Origin: Cyanophora paradoxa CCMP329
Taxonomy: Eukaryota > Plantae > Glaucophyta
Reading direction: 5' to 3'
Assembly (NCBI GenBank): GCA_004431415.1
Contig: QPMI01000101.1
Location: 290,756 to 354,755, forward strand
Length of the DNA: 64,000 bases
The first letter of the stretch is position 1; the number at the start of each line of letters is the position of its first letter. Position numbers and translations under genes: made by a program. Shown one piece after another: positions 1-12,470 of the stretch. The notes under the pieces were generated by a model that worked only from the letters and a program-made list of their open reading frames with translations, did not search any database and was not told where the DNA came from.

Positions 1-179
1 CCTCCCGCCCGCCGCCGGCGCCGGGGCCGGCGGCAGCGGCCCCGGCAGCGGCGGCAGCAGCGGACGGGGAGGAAGACTCGGAGGAGTCCGAGGAGCCGTC
101 TGAGGACGAGGGGATCAAATCCGCGTCGGACCGATCTGGGGCCTCGGCCCGCGATGAGGAGGACGAGGAAGACGACGAG

Positions 180-211
<32 letters not shown>

Positions 212-1332
212 GGAGGAGGAGGAGGATTCGGACGAGGAAGGGAGCACTAAGGGTGCGCGGCGGGGAGGGTGGGCGACGGGGCGCGCGGGGCCGGCAGGGC
301 GCCTCTGACTGCTCCGCAGCCGACGAGGGGCCCGCGAGCGAAGCGCCGGTGAAGCGGAAGCGCGGGCGGCCGCCGGGCTCGGGCCGGGGCGGGGCGGCCG
401 CCGGGCCGGGGCCGGGGCCGGGGCCGGGGTCGGGGCCGGGGCCGGAGGACCACCTCGGGGACGAGGCCCACGAAGAGGGGCCCGAGGAGGGTGCGTGTCC
501 GTCCCGCCCGCCTCCCCCCGAACCCCCGCGCTCACGCGCCCCGCCCGCCTGGCGCAGACGGCGACGGCAGCTCGCCCCCGCGAAGCGCGGGCGGGGCCGG
601 GGCCGGGGCCGGGGCCGAGGCCGGGGCCGGGTCGGGGGCCGGGGAGGGCGCCCCACGCGGCCCGCGAGCGGGGAGAACGAGTCGCAGCCGGACGGCTCGC
701 CCGACGCGCCGCCGCCTCCCAGGCGGGGCCGGGGCCGCCCCCGCAAGAACCCCCCGGGGCCCGAGCCACGCCGAGGCCAAGGCCCGGCGCGCCTCGGCCG
801 TCTCGGCCGTCAGCGACGAGGCCGCCGCCAACGGTGCGTGCTGGCCGGCGCGCCCCTCGCTCGCCCCTCGCTTCGCCCGCCTCACCGCCGTCCTCGCGCA
901 GGCTCCGGGGAGGGCCCGAGCGACGAGGAGATGGCGGCGGCGGCGCCGCCGAAGCGGGGCCGGGGCCGGCCGCCCAACCCGAAGCCGGCGCCGGGGCGGG
1001 CAGGGTCGCCGGAGGGGAGCGGGGACGAGGGGAGCCTGCAGGGGCCGCTGCCGCTGGTGGAGGCCTCGGGGGCCCTCTACTACGTGCGCCTGCGGCTCCT
1101 CACGGAGGGCTCCTCGGGGCGCGTCCTGCCGTGCCTGGTGACGCCGAGCCGGCCGCTGGAGGAGCAGCTGCTCTCCAAGGCGCGGCGGGCGTTCGGGGTG
1201 GCGGGCCCCGTGCAGGTCGTCTCGCGCTACGGGACCCCCGTGAACCTCGGCGGCGACCTCCTCGCCGACCACGAGCACCAGTTCCTGCCCCACGCCGCCC
1301 CCGAGCGCTTCTGGGACCTCTTCCTCAAGTGA
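1..1332 (+). CDS. AT-hook-containing, acidic, putative chromatin protein (5' part outside the window, spliced)
   Basis: Asp/Glu-rich tract at ~70-240; AT-hook-like motifs KRKRGRPP, RRGRGRPRK and KRGRGRPP; compact C-terminal domain LYYVRLRLL...FWDLFLK; stop TGA at 1330-1332. Confidence 0.65.
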
Positions 1333-1725
1333 CCCCCGCCCCCGCCCCCCGCCCCTTGTAGAGTTCCCCCACGCATGCGTAGCCGTAGCCCTAGATGTCC
1401 GCAGCATTTTCGATTCGCCTCTCTCGCTAGAATGATTAGAGTCGGTACTACTGCTCTTTAGCATTGCGCAGTGTGTATATTCGCGCTCCACTAGGCAAGA
1501 TCTTTTGCGTTCGGTCCCTAACCATTACGGAGATGTACAACGCGCGGCACGGGGTCAAGAAGGCGGGGGGTCGGGCCGGGCCGCCGCCCAGAAGCTAACT
1601 TACAGGTGGGGTGGGGCGGGGCGTCCGGGGCGGGGGGGCAGGGGGAGCGAGCACATGGCTGAAGCGGAAGGAGGCATCAGAGGCGGGGGGCCTTTGGAAG
1701 AAAACCTAATTTAAGCTCAACGCGA

Positions 1726-2738
1726 CTAAGCGGACTGGAGCTGGTCCTGCTGGGCGCTCTGGGCCCGCGCGGCCGTGAGCATCTTCCGCAGCTGCCGGCG
1801 GGGTCAGAGGCGGGGCGGAGCGGCGCGGGAGCGGCGCGGGCGCACATCGGCGACGCGGCTCTCGAGGGCGGCGATGGTCTCGCTGCCGGCCTCCTGGACG
1901 GCCTGGACCTGCTGTTGGAGGAACTCGCACAGGTCTCGCGAGGCCGCCAGCTCCCGCCGCAGCTCCTTGTTCTCCCGCGCGAGCTGCTCCGGGTCGGCCT
2001 CCGCCGCCGCCTCCTCCTCGTCCGCCGCCGGCGCCGCCTCCGCCACCACGGCGTCCGCAGCGATGTCCATCGCCGTCGCCGTCTCCGACTCGGTCGGCGA
2101 GGCGGAGAGGCGGGGCCCGCCTAGCGAGGATGTCCGCCGCTGCGGCCGCCCCGCGCGCAGCGCCGCCTGCAGCTCCGCGTTCACCAGCTTGTGCTGCGCG
2201 CCGAAGCCGCGTGCACGTGAGGCGAGAGCGTTACCGAGCGCGGGTGCGGGGCGGGTCGGCGGAGGCGCACCTGGAGGTCGTTCCAGATCTCCATATACAC
2301 GCGCGAGGAGTCTTGCTGCCGCTCGCGGAGCTCATTCAGCTCCGTCTTGAGGGATTCGGCCTCCTCCCGCGCCGCGGCCGCCTCCGCCCTCGCGTCCCGC
2401 AGTGCGGACCTCAGCTGCTCGACGTCGGCAATGCCGATAGACACGTCTGATCCCAATTCCGAGGCCGGTGCCGACGCTGAGCGTCTGCGTTTTTGCATGG
2501 AGTCGGACAGAAGATAAGACGACTCGCGGGCAGGCGCGTCGCCGAGCGTGTCCAGTTCTTCGTCAGGCGCGTTTTGTTGAGGGCTAGGAGGGTTCAAATC
2601 AAGCTCCGCGACGTGGAGCCGCTTGAAGAGCGGGCTCGCGGTGGTCTGAGTGGTGCCGACGAGCTGGGCCCGGTCCGGGCTGGACGTTCCGAGCTCCAGA
2701 ACCGTTCCAGAACAGTTCAGGTTCTCCAGTCCCGACAT
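1726..2738 (-). CDS. Hypothetical coiled-coil protein (spliced)
   Basis: ATG at 2738 (MSGLENL...); heptad-rich exons (VEQLRSALRDAR...LNELRERQQ; LARENKELRRELAAS); short GT-AG introns; last exon LRKMLTAARAQSAQQDQLQSA, TAG at 1728-1726. Confidence 0.6.
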
Positions 2739-3338
2739 ACTCGAAGGGCTGCTTCTCGTTCGGACTTCCGGACTAGTCGTTCCACGAGACTAAGATCGTA
2801 TCGTTTTCGCCACTGCGATCGCTTTTCGACACTAAGAAAGGTCTTGTAAAGGCTGAGAAAGCTCGAAGTCGATCGTTGTTGCGCTGGCTGAGGGGTACTG
2901 CCCTCTCGCGACTTCGTGCGCCGCCAGCCGCTGAGCGCTTCAACGCCGGCGCCGGCGCCAGCGCTGGATAGCGCCAGCGCCATGCAACTCTTGCGTAGTC
3001 GACGTCGACGTCCGCAGCTAGTATATAATGCACAATAATGCTCCGAGGGTTCTTGCTTTAGATTGGGCGCGGGCGCGAGATCGAGCGTAATGGTAACGAT
3101 CGTACTAACGTATATCGGTACATTCTGAAGTTCGGTTCTTTCCGCAGGTTCGGCACGACTTTTGAACGCTAACACTAACAGCGCTGCAACCCTGGGGCCG
3201 CGGGCGGCAGGCGGATCTAATAACAATATGGAGACCGTTAAACAACCTGGCTGGCCCCTTCGGGCCGGGGCAAATGCGCCCCGAGGCCGTGAGGGTGCAG
3301 GGCAGGCGCGGGGCGCCGGGGCGCCGGGGCGGGGAGCC

Positions 3339-5159
3339 TCAGTGGAAGCCCTTGCAGCGCTCGAGGAGGCGCTCGCGGGCGCGGAGGGTCCGCTCCAGCG
3401 TGGAGGCCCGATCTTCCGCCTCCTCCTTACCCGTCGCCAGCGCCTTGGCCGCCGCCAGCTGCCGCGAGCGCGCGTAAGACAGCGCTCAGGGCGAGGGCGT
3501 GCCTCGGATTCAATTTGATGTCGCGCCTTGGACTCGAGGGAGGCGATCTTCTGCTGGAGCCGCTCCACCTCCGCCTCCTTCGCCTTCAGCTGGCTCTCGG
3601 CGACGGCGTACCCGGGCAGCCGGTGCGCCGCCACCGGGCCCTCCCCCGCCTCGCGGCCCGCCTCGGGCAGGGGCGGCGGGATGGCGATCTGCGGCCGCTG
3701 CAGCGCCGACGCGTCCTTGTCCGCGGCGTCCCGCTCCTCCGACTTGGGGCCCTGGCGGGGCGGGGCGGGGCGGGGTCGGGGAGGCGGGGCGGCGAGCGCC
3801 TGGTGCGGCGCGGCCCGCACCTTGACGGCGTCGCACCAGAAGTCCCCCTCCTCGCCCCGCGAGGCCGCCCCGAGGCTCCGGCCCAGGCACCGCATCAGCC
3901 GCGTCGCGCTCGTCTCCACGGCCGGGGCCGGGGCGGGGGCGTGCGCCGGGGCCGGCTGCGGGCCGGCCGGGGGCGCGTAGTAGGAGGTGGAGTGCTGCTC
4001 GCCGCGGATGTGGCGGATGCGCCCCAGCACGCCGGGCTCCGCGAAGAGCTCGTGCTCGCACCCTGCCGCCCGCTGAGGGGGGCCCAGGGGCGCGCGGCGG
4101 GCCCCCGCACCGGCGCAGTCGACCTTGAGGAGGGCGAGCTGGTCCGGGACGTAGGAGAGGAAGAGGTCCTCCAGCGTCGCCGTCCGCACCCGCTCCACCC
4201 GCCCCAGGTGCGCCCCCGCCACGCTGTCCGGAGGCACCAGGCTCCGCACCGCCACGTCCCGCCCGTCCGACGTCACGCCCTGCGCGTGCGGGGGGCGGGT
4301 GTGAGGGATGGAGGGGAGGGAAGGCGCCCGGGGGTGCGCGGCGCGCCATGTGGAGGGCGATGACGTTCGTGACGCCGTTCGCGCGGATGTTGTGGAGGAG
4401 CAGGGCGTAGCTGAGGGGTACCGGCTCCAGCGCAACCACCTGGTCCGCACCTCAGGAAACGCGCAGAGCGTCGAAGAAGCAAGTGCAGGGGGGGTACGGT
4501 GGCGCGGGGGAACATCTTGGCGGCGGCGAGGGCGAACCAGCCCGTGTTGGCGCCCACGTCGACGACGACGTCCCCCGGGCGCACGTCGACGTGCTGCAGG
4601 GGGGTTCGATGGGGGGCGGGGGCCGAGGGGAAGGAAGCGAGGAGTAGAAACGGGGCGAGGACCTTGAGGCCGTAGTGGTCGCGGGCCATGCGCTGCTCGA
4701 GGGCCCGCACCTGAGCCGCGCGTGAGCTGCCTGCCTCCCGCAGGGGCCAGGGGGGGCGCGCCTGGGCGTCGGCGGCGTGGAGCTCGCGGATCGTGAGGTC
4801 GAAGTCGAGGAGGCGGACGCGGTGGTCCGAGGCCTGGGAGGGCACGGCGACGGGCGCCTCGTCGCTCTCCGCCGGCAGCTGCCGGTACTTGCGCACCGCC
4901 ACGCCCTCCCCGGGGCCGCTGGGCGCCGCCAGCCAGGCGCGCCCCGCCTGCTCGAGGCGCTCGCGGACGCCGCCGGGGAGCGGGAGGGCGCCGCGCTCGA
5001 CGGTGACGTGGTGGGGCCGGCGGGGCGGCCGGCGTCGGCGCGCCCGGCGGGGCGGGGCGCCGGGGGCCTCGTCTTCGGGCGCCCGCCCGCTCAGCATGCG
5101 CTTGATTAGGTCGGGAATGTTCGGCAAGAGCCGCCGGCCCTCGCCCTTCGCCCCGGGCC

Positions 5160-5196
<37 letters not shown>

Positions 5197-6376
5197 CGCC
5201 GGCTCCGCTGGCGGTGCCTTCTGCTGGGTGTCGGCCACCGGCGGCGCCTCCGAAGCCGGCGTCGCCTCCTCCACGCGCACTGCAGCCGGCGCCCCCTCAT
5301 CCACGCCCGCCGCCGCCGCCTTTTCCTCCGGCACTGCTGCTCCTGCCTGCTCCGGCTCCTCCGGCACAGCAGCCGGCGCCTCCTCCGCCGCCGCTGCCGG
5401 CGCCTCCTCCGCCGCCGCTGCCGGCGCCTCCTCCGCCGCCGCTGCCGGCGCCTCCTCCGCCGCAGCTGCCAGCGCCTCCTCCGCCGCAGCTGCCGCTTCC
5501 CCCTCCTCCTCCTTTTGCTCGGCCGCGGGCGGTGCGGGATCCTCGGCGGGCGCTGGCGCCTGGGCCTGCTCCGCCGGCTGCTCCGCCGCAGGGGCCTCGG
5601 CCGGCGCGCCCTCGGCGGGCGGCTCCGCCTCCCCGCCGCCGCGCCCTCCGCGGCGCCCGCCTCGGACTCGCCCGCCGCCTCCGCCGCCGGCACCGCGGTC
5701 GCTCCTTCTTTGGCGACCGGCGCCTCGGCGGCCTGCTCCGGCTGCTCACCCGGCGGCGCCTCGGGGGCCTCTCCGCCCTCCCCCGCGTCGCCCGCCGCGG
5801 CGGCCGCGCCCTCCCCGTCTCCGTCCACGTCCGCGGAGCGCTCTGCCACCGCACGCTCCCTCGGCGCATCGCCGGCTTCTGCGGCGCTAGCCGCCGCCGC
5901 CTCCGGAGCGGCCGCCGGCTCCGAGTCCGATGCCGGTTCTGTCGCGTCTCCCGCGACGGCCGGCTCCGCCTGTGCGCTCCCTGCGCCCGCTTCGCCTGCT
6001 GGTATCTCCCGCGCGTCAAGGACGACCCGCTCCGTGTCCGCGTCGCTTCCGTCCAGCGCGGCGGCGGCAGCGGCCGCCGCCGGTGGCGCCTGCCCCTGGG
6101 CGGCGGCCGCCCCGCTGCCACTGCCGCTGAGGACCGATCCCAGCAGGTCCTTCACCCAGTCCGAGGAGCGCTCCGGCCCCCGGCTGTCGACCGCCGCAGC
6201 TGCCGCCGACAGGCCATCGGGGAAAGCGGGCTCGTCTGCGCGCGCGAGCTGCGCGGCGCGGCGCAGATCAGCTCGCGGCATCCGCGAAGCATCGCGGCGC
6301 TCACCGCTGCGAGGCCCGCGCAGAGGAGCGCGATCTGGAGGAGGACTGCCCAGGACCTAGAGCGACGGCGGAGCAT
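3339..6376 (-). CDS. FkbM-family SAM-dependent methyltransferase with signal peptide and long Ala/Glu-rich stalk
   Basis: Motif I VVVDVGANTGWFAL, then VALEP..SYALLLHNIRANGVTNV and LLKVDC..CEHELF. Spliced N-terminus MLRRRSRSWAVLLQIALLCAGLAA|LARA-DEPAF looks like a signal peptide. C-terminal coiled coil; TGA at 3341-3339. One apparent frameshift near 5635. Confidence 0.8.
5372..5491. repeat. Coding tandem repeat, 24-nt unit x5, encoding AAAAEEAP on the minus strand
   Basis: GCCGGCGCCTCCTCCGCCGCCGCT repeated, with the last copies slightly diverged. Confidence 0.85.
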
Positions 6377-6695
6377 CTGGGGCCGAGTCCGATGCGACGC
6401 CGTATGCCTTGCGCAGCTTGCGATACTTATGAAACTTGTTGAAGGCCTCGATCTCCTTCGCGACGTAGTGCCCGCGCGCCACGAGGTCGGTGATTCTCTT
6501 TGACGGTGCAACATCAGCAGCGGCGAGGGGGGGCGCATTCGCATGCCAAGCGTGCATTCGCACCTGTGGGTCTGTTTCCTGGGCGTTCTTGAGGAACGCG
6601 CGTTTCGCCTTAGAGCGCACGACGTCGAGTCCTTCCGGGTACGAGCGGCCGAGCCAGAGGAGCGTCCGGTAGAGCTCGCGGACCTCGCAGCGCAT
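6357..6695 (-). CDS. LYRM5: LYR-motif protein 5 / electron transfer flavoprotein regulatory factor 1
   Basis: MRCEVRELYRTLLWLGRSYPEGLDVVRSKAKRAFLKNAQETDPQ|RITDLVARGHYVAKEIEAFNKFHKYRKLRKAY matches the ETFRF1 pattern (EV..LY..LL.LGR.YP.G ... KE.EA....KYR...Y). One 66-nt GT-AG intron at 6563-6498. Confidence 0.85.
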   Translation of the reverse strand: MRCEVRELYRTLLWLGRSYPEGLDVVRSKAKRAFLKNAQETDPQVRMHAWHANAPPLAAADVAPSKRITDLVARGHYVAKEIEAFNKFHKYRKLRKAYGVASDSAPDAPPSL

Positions 6696-6841
6696 TAGGA
6701 GCCCCAGCCCCTTGCGCCGCTGAACCTCCGCTACTGTCACAGTGCGCACGAAGCCGGGGTACCGCGCGCGAGGGGCCAGTTCGCGTGCTCGCCGACGACG
6801 CGACGACTGCGCGTATTTGGGAGGGGGTAGCCGCCGCGGAG
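6696..6841. promoter_or_regulatory. Putative bidirectional promoter (LYRM5 / ABCB)
   Basis: Divergent ATGs at 6695 (-) and 6842 (+), 146 bp apart. Confidence 0.55.
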
Positions 6842-9800
6842 ATGCGTTCGATCCACGCCGCCGCCTACGCGCTATCGGCGAAGCACGCGACACCTGTCGC
6901 CGCCGTGCGGCCCAAGCAGCGCACGACGTCGAGTCCGCACGCGCATCGCGTGGCGCTGGGCTCCCTGACGCCATGCACCGGGCCGCTGCGGATCGCACCC
7001 AGCCTTCTCGCGCGGGCGGCGGAGTCACGGCCCAGCACAGCGCCGGAGAGCTACGTATACGCTGGGCTCGCCCGCCGCGGGATTCGCTCGACGGCGCCGG
7101 CTCTTTCGCGCTCGCCACCGGCGGAGAGCGACGAGGAGCGGGCGCGCGAGCAGCGGCAGCTGGAGCGCGAGGAGCGGCCGCTGGGGCAGGTCATCCTCGC
7201 CCTCTTCAAGCGCCTCGGGCGGGTGCCGGCGGAGGGCCCGCTTCTCCCGACCAAGGCCGAGATCCTGCGCCTCTTTCGCATGGCCATCCCCGAGAGCAAG
7301 CGCGCCCGCCCCGCCCCGCCCCGCCCCGCCCCGCGCGGCGCGGCCTGCCGCCTTGACCTTGCGCGCAGGCTGCTCTGCCTCGCCATCGGGGCGCTGGCGT
7401 GCTACTCGGCCTCCGGAATTGCGATGCCGCGCATCACGGGCCAGATCCTCGACGCCGTCTCCAACCACGCGGCGAACGGGCTCGGCCCCCTCCAGAGCGT
7501 GCGCCCTCCTCGCCCAGCTCGCCAGCTAGCTTGCGCCCCGGCGGCCTTTGAACCATCGCTCGCGCGTGCGTGCAGGCGGGCACGGCGATGCTGGGCGTCT
7601 CCCTCGTGGGCGTACTCTCCTACAGCACCCGCGAGCTCTCCCTCGGCCTCGCCTCGGCGCGCCCCCGGCACCGCCGGCCCCGCCCTGCCCTCCCCCAGCT
7701 TCTAAGAGCCCTGCGAGCTTCTTGCCTCCTGCGCCGCCTCGCGGAGAGTGTGAGGGGTGGCGGCAGGAGCGGATCGCGGCGCGCTTCCGCAAGTCGATCT
7801 TCAACGCGCTGCTGGCGAAGGAGACGCTCTTCTTCGACCGCAACCGCGCGGGGGAGCTCACCAACCGCCTCTCCGCCGACGTCATGGTCGTCACCAACTC
7901 CATGTGCCAGGCCCGCGCCCCCGCCGTCGGCTCCCCCTCGAGCCGCGCCCCCCTCCCGCTCACACCGCCCCCGTCTTCCGGCCCGCAGAACATCCCGTAC
8001 GCGCTGCAGAACGTGATCTCGCTGTGTGGCGGGGCCTACATGCTCTTCTCGCTCTCGCCGCCCCTGGCGGCTTTCGCGCTGGGCCTCTACTCGTCGCTCT
8101 CGCTCGCGGCGGCCGTCTACGGGCGCGTGGCCAAGCGCCTCTCGAAGCAGCAGCTGGACGCCCTCGCCCGCGCCACCGCCATCGCCGAGGAGCGCATCGC
8201 CAACGTCCGCCTCGTGCGTCGCCCCCTCCCCCCTCCCGCTCCCCTCCAGTGCCGCCGCCGGGTTGAGAGGCGGCGCGCTGCGGGTGCAGGTGCGGCTGTT
8301 CGTGCGGGAGGCGCAGGAGCGGGAGCGGTACGCCGCGTACGTGGACCGCGTCTACGCCGCCGGCTCCGCCATGGCCGTCGCCTCCGCCTGCTACTGGGGC
8401 TTCATCACCGGCATCGAGTACGTCGCCAACCTCGCGGTCCGCCCACGTACCCCCCTCGCCCGTTCCCGGGTCGCTTCGATCCCCTTCCTCGCGCAGGTGC
8501 TGTGGGGAGGGGGGTACTTCACGACGACGGGGGCCCTGGCGCTCTCGATCGGGGAGCTCACGTCTGTCGCCATGTACACCGTCAACACGGGGTACGGTGC
8601 GGGAGCCCCCTCCGCCCCCCCCTCCCCCGCCCCCCTCTGCCCCTCCGACCGCGTGCGCGGGGAAGCGATGGGGGGGCTCTCGGGGACGTACGGTGAGATC
8701 ATGCGGGCGGTGGGCGCCTCGACGCGCATCTTCGAGATCCTCCAGCTCGACGCCCCGCCCGGTGCGAGCGAGGCCCCTTCCCCCGCCTTCAACCAGAGCT
8801 CAACGTCGCTCTTGCTGCTCGCCCCTCCTGCCGCTTCCCTATCTTCTTTCGGGCCCCCGTCTTCTTCTCCCTTGACTCGCTCCTCTTGTGCAGCGCCCGC
8901 GGTCGTCCAGTCGCCGGCCGCCGCCCGCGTCCAGGCCTCCACCGCCTCCGCCCGCCGCATCGCCTTCGAGGGGGTACACCCTCCCCGACCTCTCCTCTCC
9001 CTCCCCTCGTCTCTTAGCGCTCGGCAGGTCCACTTCTCGTACCCGAACCGGCGCCCCTCGGGCCCGCGGTGCCCCGACGACGCGTCGCGCCCCAGCGCCA
9101 GCCCCTCCCCTGCCCCCTCGCCCCCCTCCTCTTCCACCGCCGCCGCCGGCTCGCCCGCCCCTGGGGAGGAGGAGGCGGTGCTGGAGGACTTCAACCTCTC
9201 GCTGAACCCCGGCGAGTCGGTCGCCCTCGTGGGGCCCAGGTCCGCCCCACCCCGCCCCGCCGGGGCCGCCCCCGCGCAAAGCGGCGAGGGGGCGGGCAGC
9301 GGGAGCGGGAAGAGCACGGTGGTGCTGCTGCTGGCGCGGCTGTACGACCCGACGGCGGGGCGCATCACGATGGACGGGGCCGACGTCCGCGAGCTCGACC
9401 CCGCCTGGCTCCGCGAGCAGGTCCGCCCCGCCCGCCCGCCTCGCGCCCGGCCAGCCCGCGCTCCCCCAGGCGCTAGAGCAGGCCCCGCCTCTCTCCGCGA
9501 GGGCGCGCGTGGACGGGGTGGGCGGCGCAGGTGGGGGTGGTGACGCAGGAGCCGGTGCTCTTCGACGACACCATCCGGGAGAACATCCGCTACGGCCGCC
9601 CCGGCGCCTCCGACGCCGACGTCGAGCACGCCGCCCGCCAGGTCCCCCGCACCCCCTCTTCCTCCCCGCCCCTCCGACGCCGAAGGGCGCACGCAGGCGA
9701 ACGCCGCCGGCTTCATCGAAGCGATGCCGGCGGGGTACGACACCGTCGTGGGGGCGCGCGGGGCGAACCTCTCCGCCGGCCAGAAGCAGCGGTGCGCGCC

Positions 9801-10596
9801 GCTCTCCACGCCCCCGGCCGGCCCTGGAGCTCTGCATCCCCTCCCATCCACCCCGCCGTCTCGATGCTGCCCTTCTCGGCCTCCTCCGCGCCACCCCCTC
9901 GCCCCCTCCGCCGCCTCGGTTGGACGGGGCGGGGCGGGGCGGCTGCAGGGTGGCGATCGCGCGGGCGCTGCTGAAGGACGCCCCCGTCCTCGTCCTCGAC
10001 GAGGTGCTGCGCCCCGGGCCCGCCCCGGCCCCGCCCGGCGCGGCGCTGCGCCTGACGGGGGGCGGCGGGGCAGCCGACGTCGGCGCTGGACGGGGAGAGC
10101 GAGATGGCCGTCGAGGACGCCCTCCTCAAGCTCATGCGCGGTCCGCCCCGCCCCGCCCCGCCGCCCCCCCCGCCCCCCCCCCCTCAAGCATCTTCTCCCC
10201 AGGGCGGACGACGCTGATGATCGCTCACCGCCTGCACACCATCCAGCGCCTCGACCGCACCGTCGTCGTCCGCGTGCGCCGCCCCGCCCACGCCCCCCCC
10301 CCGCCACGCCTCACTTTGTAGCCCCCTCCAAGCCCGCCTCCCCTCGCTCGCCCTCGCCGGCCCCGCGACGGCCGCCCCTTCCTTTAGGCCTGCACACGCG
10401 CCCGTCCGTCCTCACTCGCCCCGCGCAGGACGGGCGGGTGGTGGAGGAGGGCCGGTTCGGTGCGCGCCGTCCCTCGCGCGCCCCCTCCGTCTCGCCGCTC
10501 GCCAGGCGCTGACGGGGGCCCCCGGGCGCAGAGGAGCTGATGGCGGACGAGCACTCGGCGCTCCGCTGCCTCGTCAACCGGGCCGCCCAGATCTAG
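6842..10596 (+). CDS. Mitochondrial-type ABCB half-transporter (ABCB10/MDL1-like), multi-exon
   Basis: Basic, Ala-rich presequence; TMD motifs [51 protein letters not shown]; Walker A VGP|SGSGKST; Q-loop [19 protein letters not shown]; signature LSAGQKQR; Walker B VLVLDE; H-loop IAHRL; TAG at 10594-10596. Confidence 0.9.
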
Positions 10597-11025
10597 GCCC
10601 AGAGCCGCCCGACCAGATCCAGGAGGCCCGCCGCCTCGGCTTCCGTTTAGCTTGATCATCCCCTCGAGTAGCTCGAGCGGCCGGCGGCCGGCGGCAGGCC
10701 TAGGCGCGACAGTACTCTCATCGCGCCGCAGCCCGGATTCAGGGGCCTCGAAGGAAGCCGGCATGCGCAGGCCTAGGAGTCCGCGCCGCCAGAGCCCGGG
10801 CGGCTTACAACATTACTGCTTGGACCAACATGCATATGCTTAATAAGAGACAAATATACGTACAGATCTAGAAAAAGATGGCGGCGCCAGCACGAGAGGG
10901 GGCGGGCGCCGCGGGATTCTGCCTTCCTGCCACGGGGCTCGGGGGGCCCGAACTCAGGTAACGAAGCGTCACAACCGCAGAACACGCGGCCTGCGGTCGC
11001 TCCTGGCCACGGCGCGGCCGGGGGC

Positions 11026-12347
11026 CTAGAAGCGGAGGGGCCGGAGGGCGCGCTCGCGGGCGGGCACGCCGACCGCCGACGGGGAGGCGTCCCCCTCGCC
11101 GTACCCCTCCTCCTCGAGCCCCGCCTTGCGGTGCGAGCGCGGCTGCTGCTTCCGCTCCGAGGCGCGCCGCTGCGCCGCGAGGGGCGTGGCGGGGCGCTCC
11201 TCCTGGGGCGAGGCGGCAGCGGCCGTGGCCGGCTCCTCCATGCTCGCCGCCTCGAAGGCGCGCAGCAGCGTCGGCCGCCCCGCGCTCTGCGCCGCCGGCA
11301 TCGTCGAGTAGTGCGAGGGCGCGAGCTGCGACTTGCGCTTGCGCTGCCGGCTCGAGCCGGTCGTGTGCGCCGCCCGCGGCCGCTGCGCCGAGCGCGTCGC
11401 GCTCCGCGGCGTGCTCGGCGCGTCGCTCTCCGACGGCGGCGGCGTCGCCGACGTCGCGCCCCCGTCCGAGGGGCCCGTCCCCGCGCCCCGCTCCGGCGCC
11501 GACTGCGTCGCCGCCTCCTCCCGGTACCCGTCTGCAGCGCGGCGTCAGCCCGCGCAGCCGGGAGGGCTCATCGGAGCCAACGGACGCACCGAAGCCCTTG
11601 AGTAAGGTCATGAGTCTGCGGGGGGCGGGCGGGCGCAGCGTCAGGCGCGAGGACAGTTGCATCGCGGGGCGGGGCGGGGCCGCCGCACTTGGCCCGCATG
11701 TTCTCGCGCTCGAGGTGCGCCTGCTCCAGCTCTCTCTGCACGCGCGCCAGCTCCGACTTGTGCTGCGCCTTGAGGCGCGCCACCACCTCGTGCGCGTGCC
11801 GCTTCTCTGTGCACGCGCGCTCGAACGGTGCCAGCGGCCGGGCGTTGCGGGCGGACGCGCTTGGCAGTCGCCGCACGCACCCTGGTTGAGGTCCTTCTCG
11901 ACCAGCACAAGCGCCATTTCGAGCTTGTCCTTTGAGCGGCTCAGCTCCGCCGTGCGCGCCGTCTCGCGGTCGAGCCGCTGCCGCAGCTCCTCCGAAGCTC
12001 GCCGCAGGCTCTGGATCTCCGACTGGTACCGCTCCGAGATGCTTGCGAGCTTCGTGCTGAGGTCGTCTACCGTCTTGGCGAGCCTGCGGGGCGGGCGTTG
12101 GCAGCTTGCGCGGGGGCTGGGGGAGCGGGGGCCGCAGGGATTACAGATAGAAGTTTTCGGCACTCAGCGCCTCGCTCGCTGTCGATCGCGCGGACAGGCC
12201 GCCACCGCTGCGAGGGCTCCACTCTTCGCGCGGCGAGGACTGGCGTTGCAGCTCATCGTCAGCGGCGGATGGTTCTGCTTTCGTTGGCGTCGGTCGATCG
12301 TTCTTGCTTCGAGGACAAAGACACGCGAACAAGCGGGCAGAGTCCAT
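11026..12347 (-). CDS. Hypothetical coiled-coil protein with low-complexity C-terminus
   Basis: ATG at 12347 (MDSARLFACLC); spliced heptad exons LAKTVDDLSTKL...EKDLNQ and HEVVARLKAQHKSELARVQRELEQ; stop at 11026. Confidence 0.55.
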
Positions 12348-12470
12348 GGCTTCACGCCCGCCGGCGCTGCTCTCGCTTCGACTCACCGCACCGGCCTAGA
12401 TCAGCTAGCTCCGTCGCTGGGCTGGCCGCCTGGCGCCGGCTGGCGGGAGTCGGGGGGTACGCGCACTCAG

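Noticed and set aside
5600-5660. Programmed frameshift or pseudogenisation (also in the receptor, ankyrin and nuclease genes)
   Set aside because: Shifts fall in G/C homopolymer-rich tracts of otherwise intact genes; long-read indel errors are the simpler explanation.
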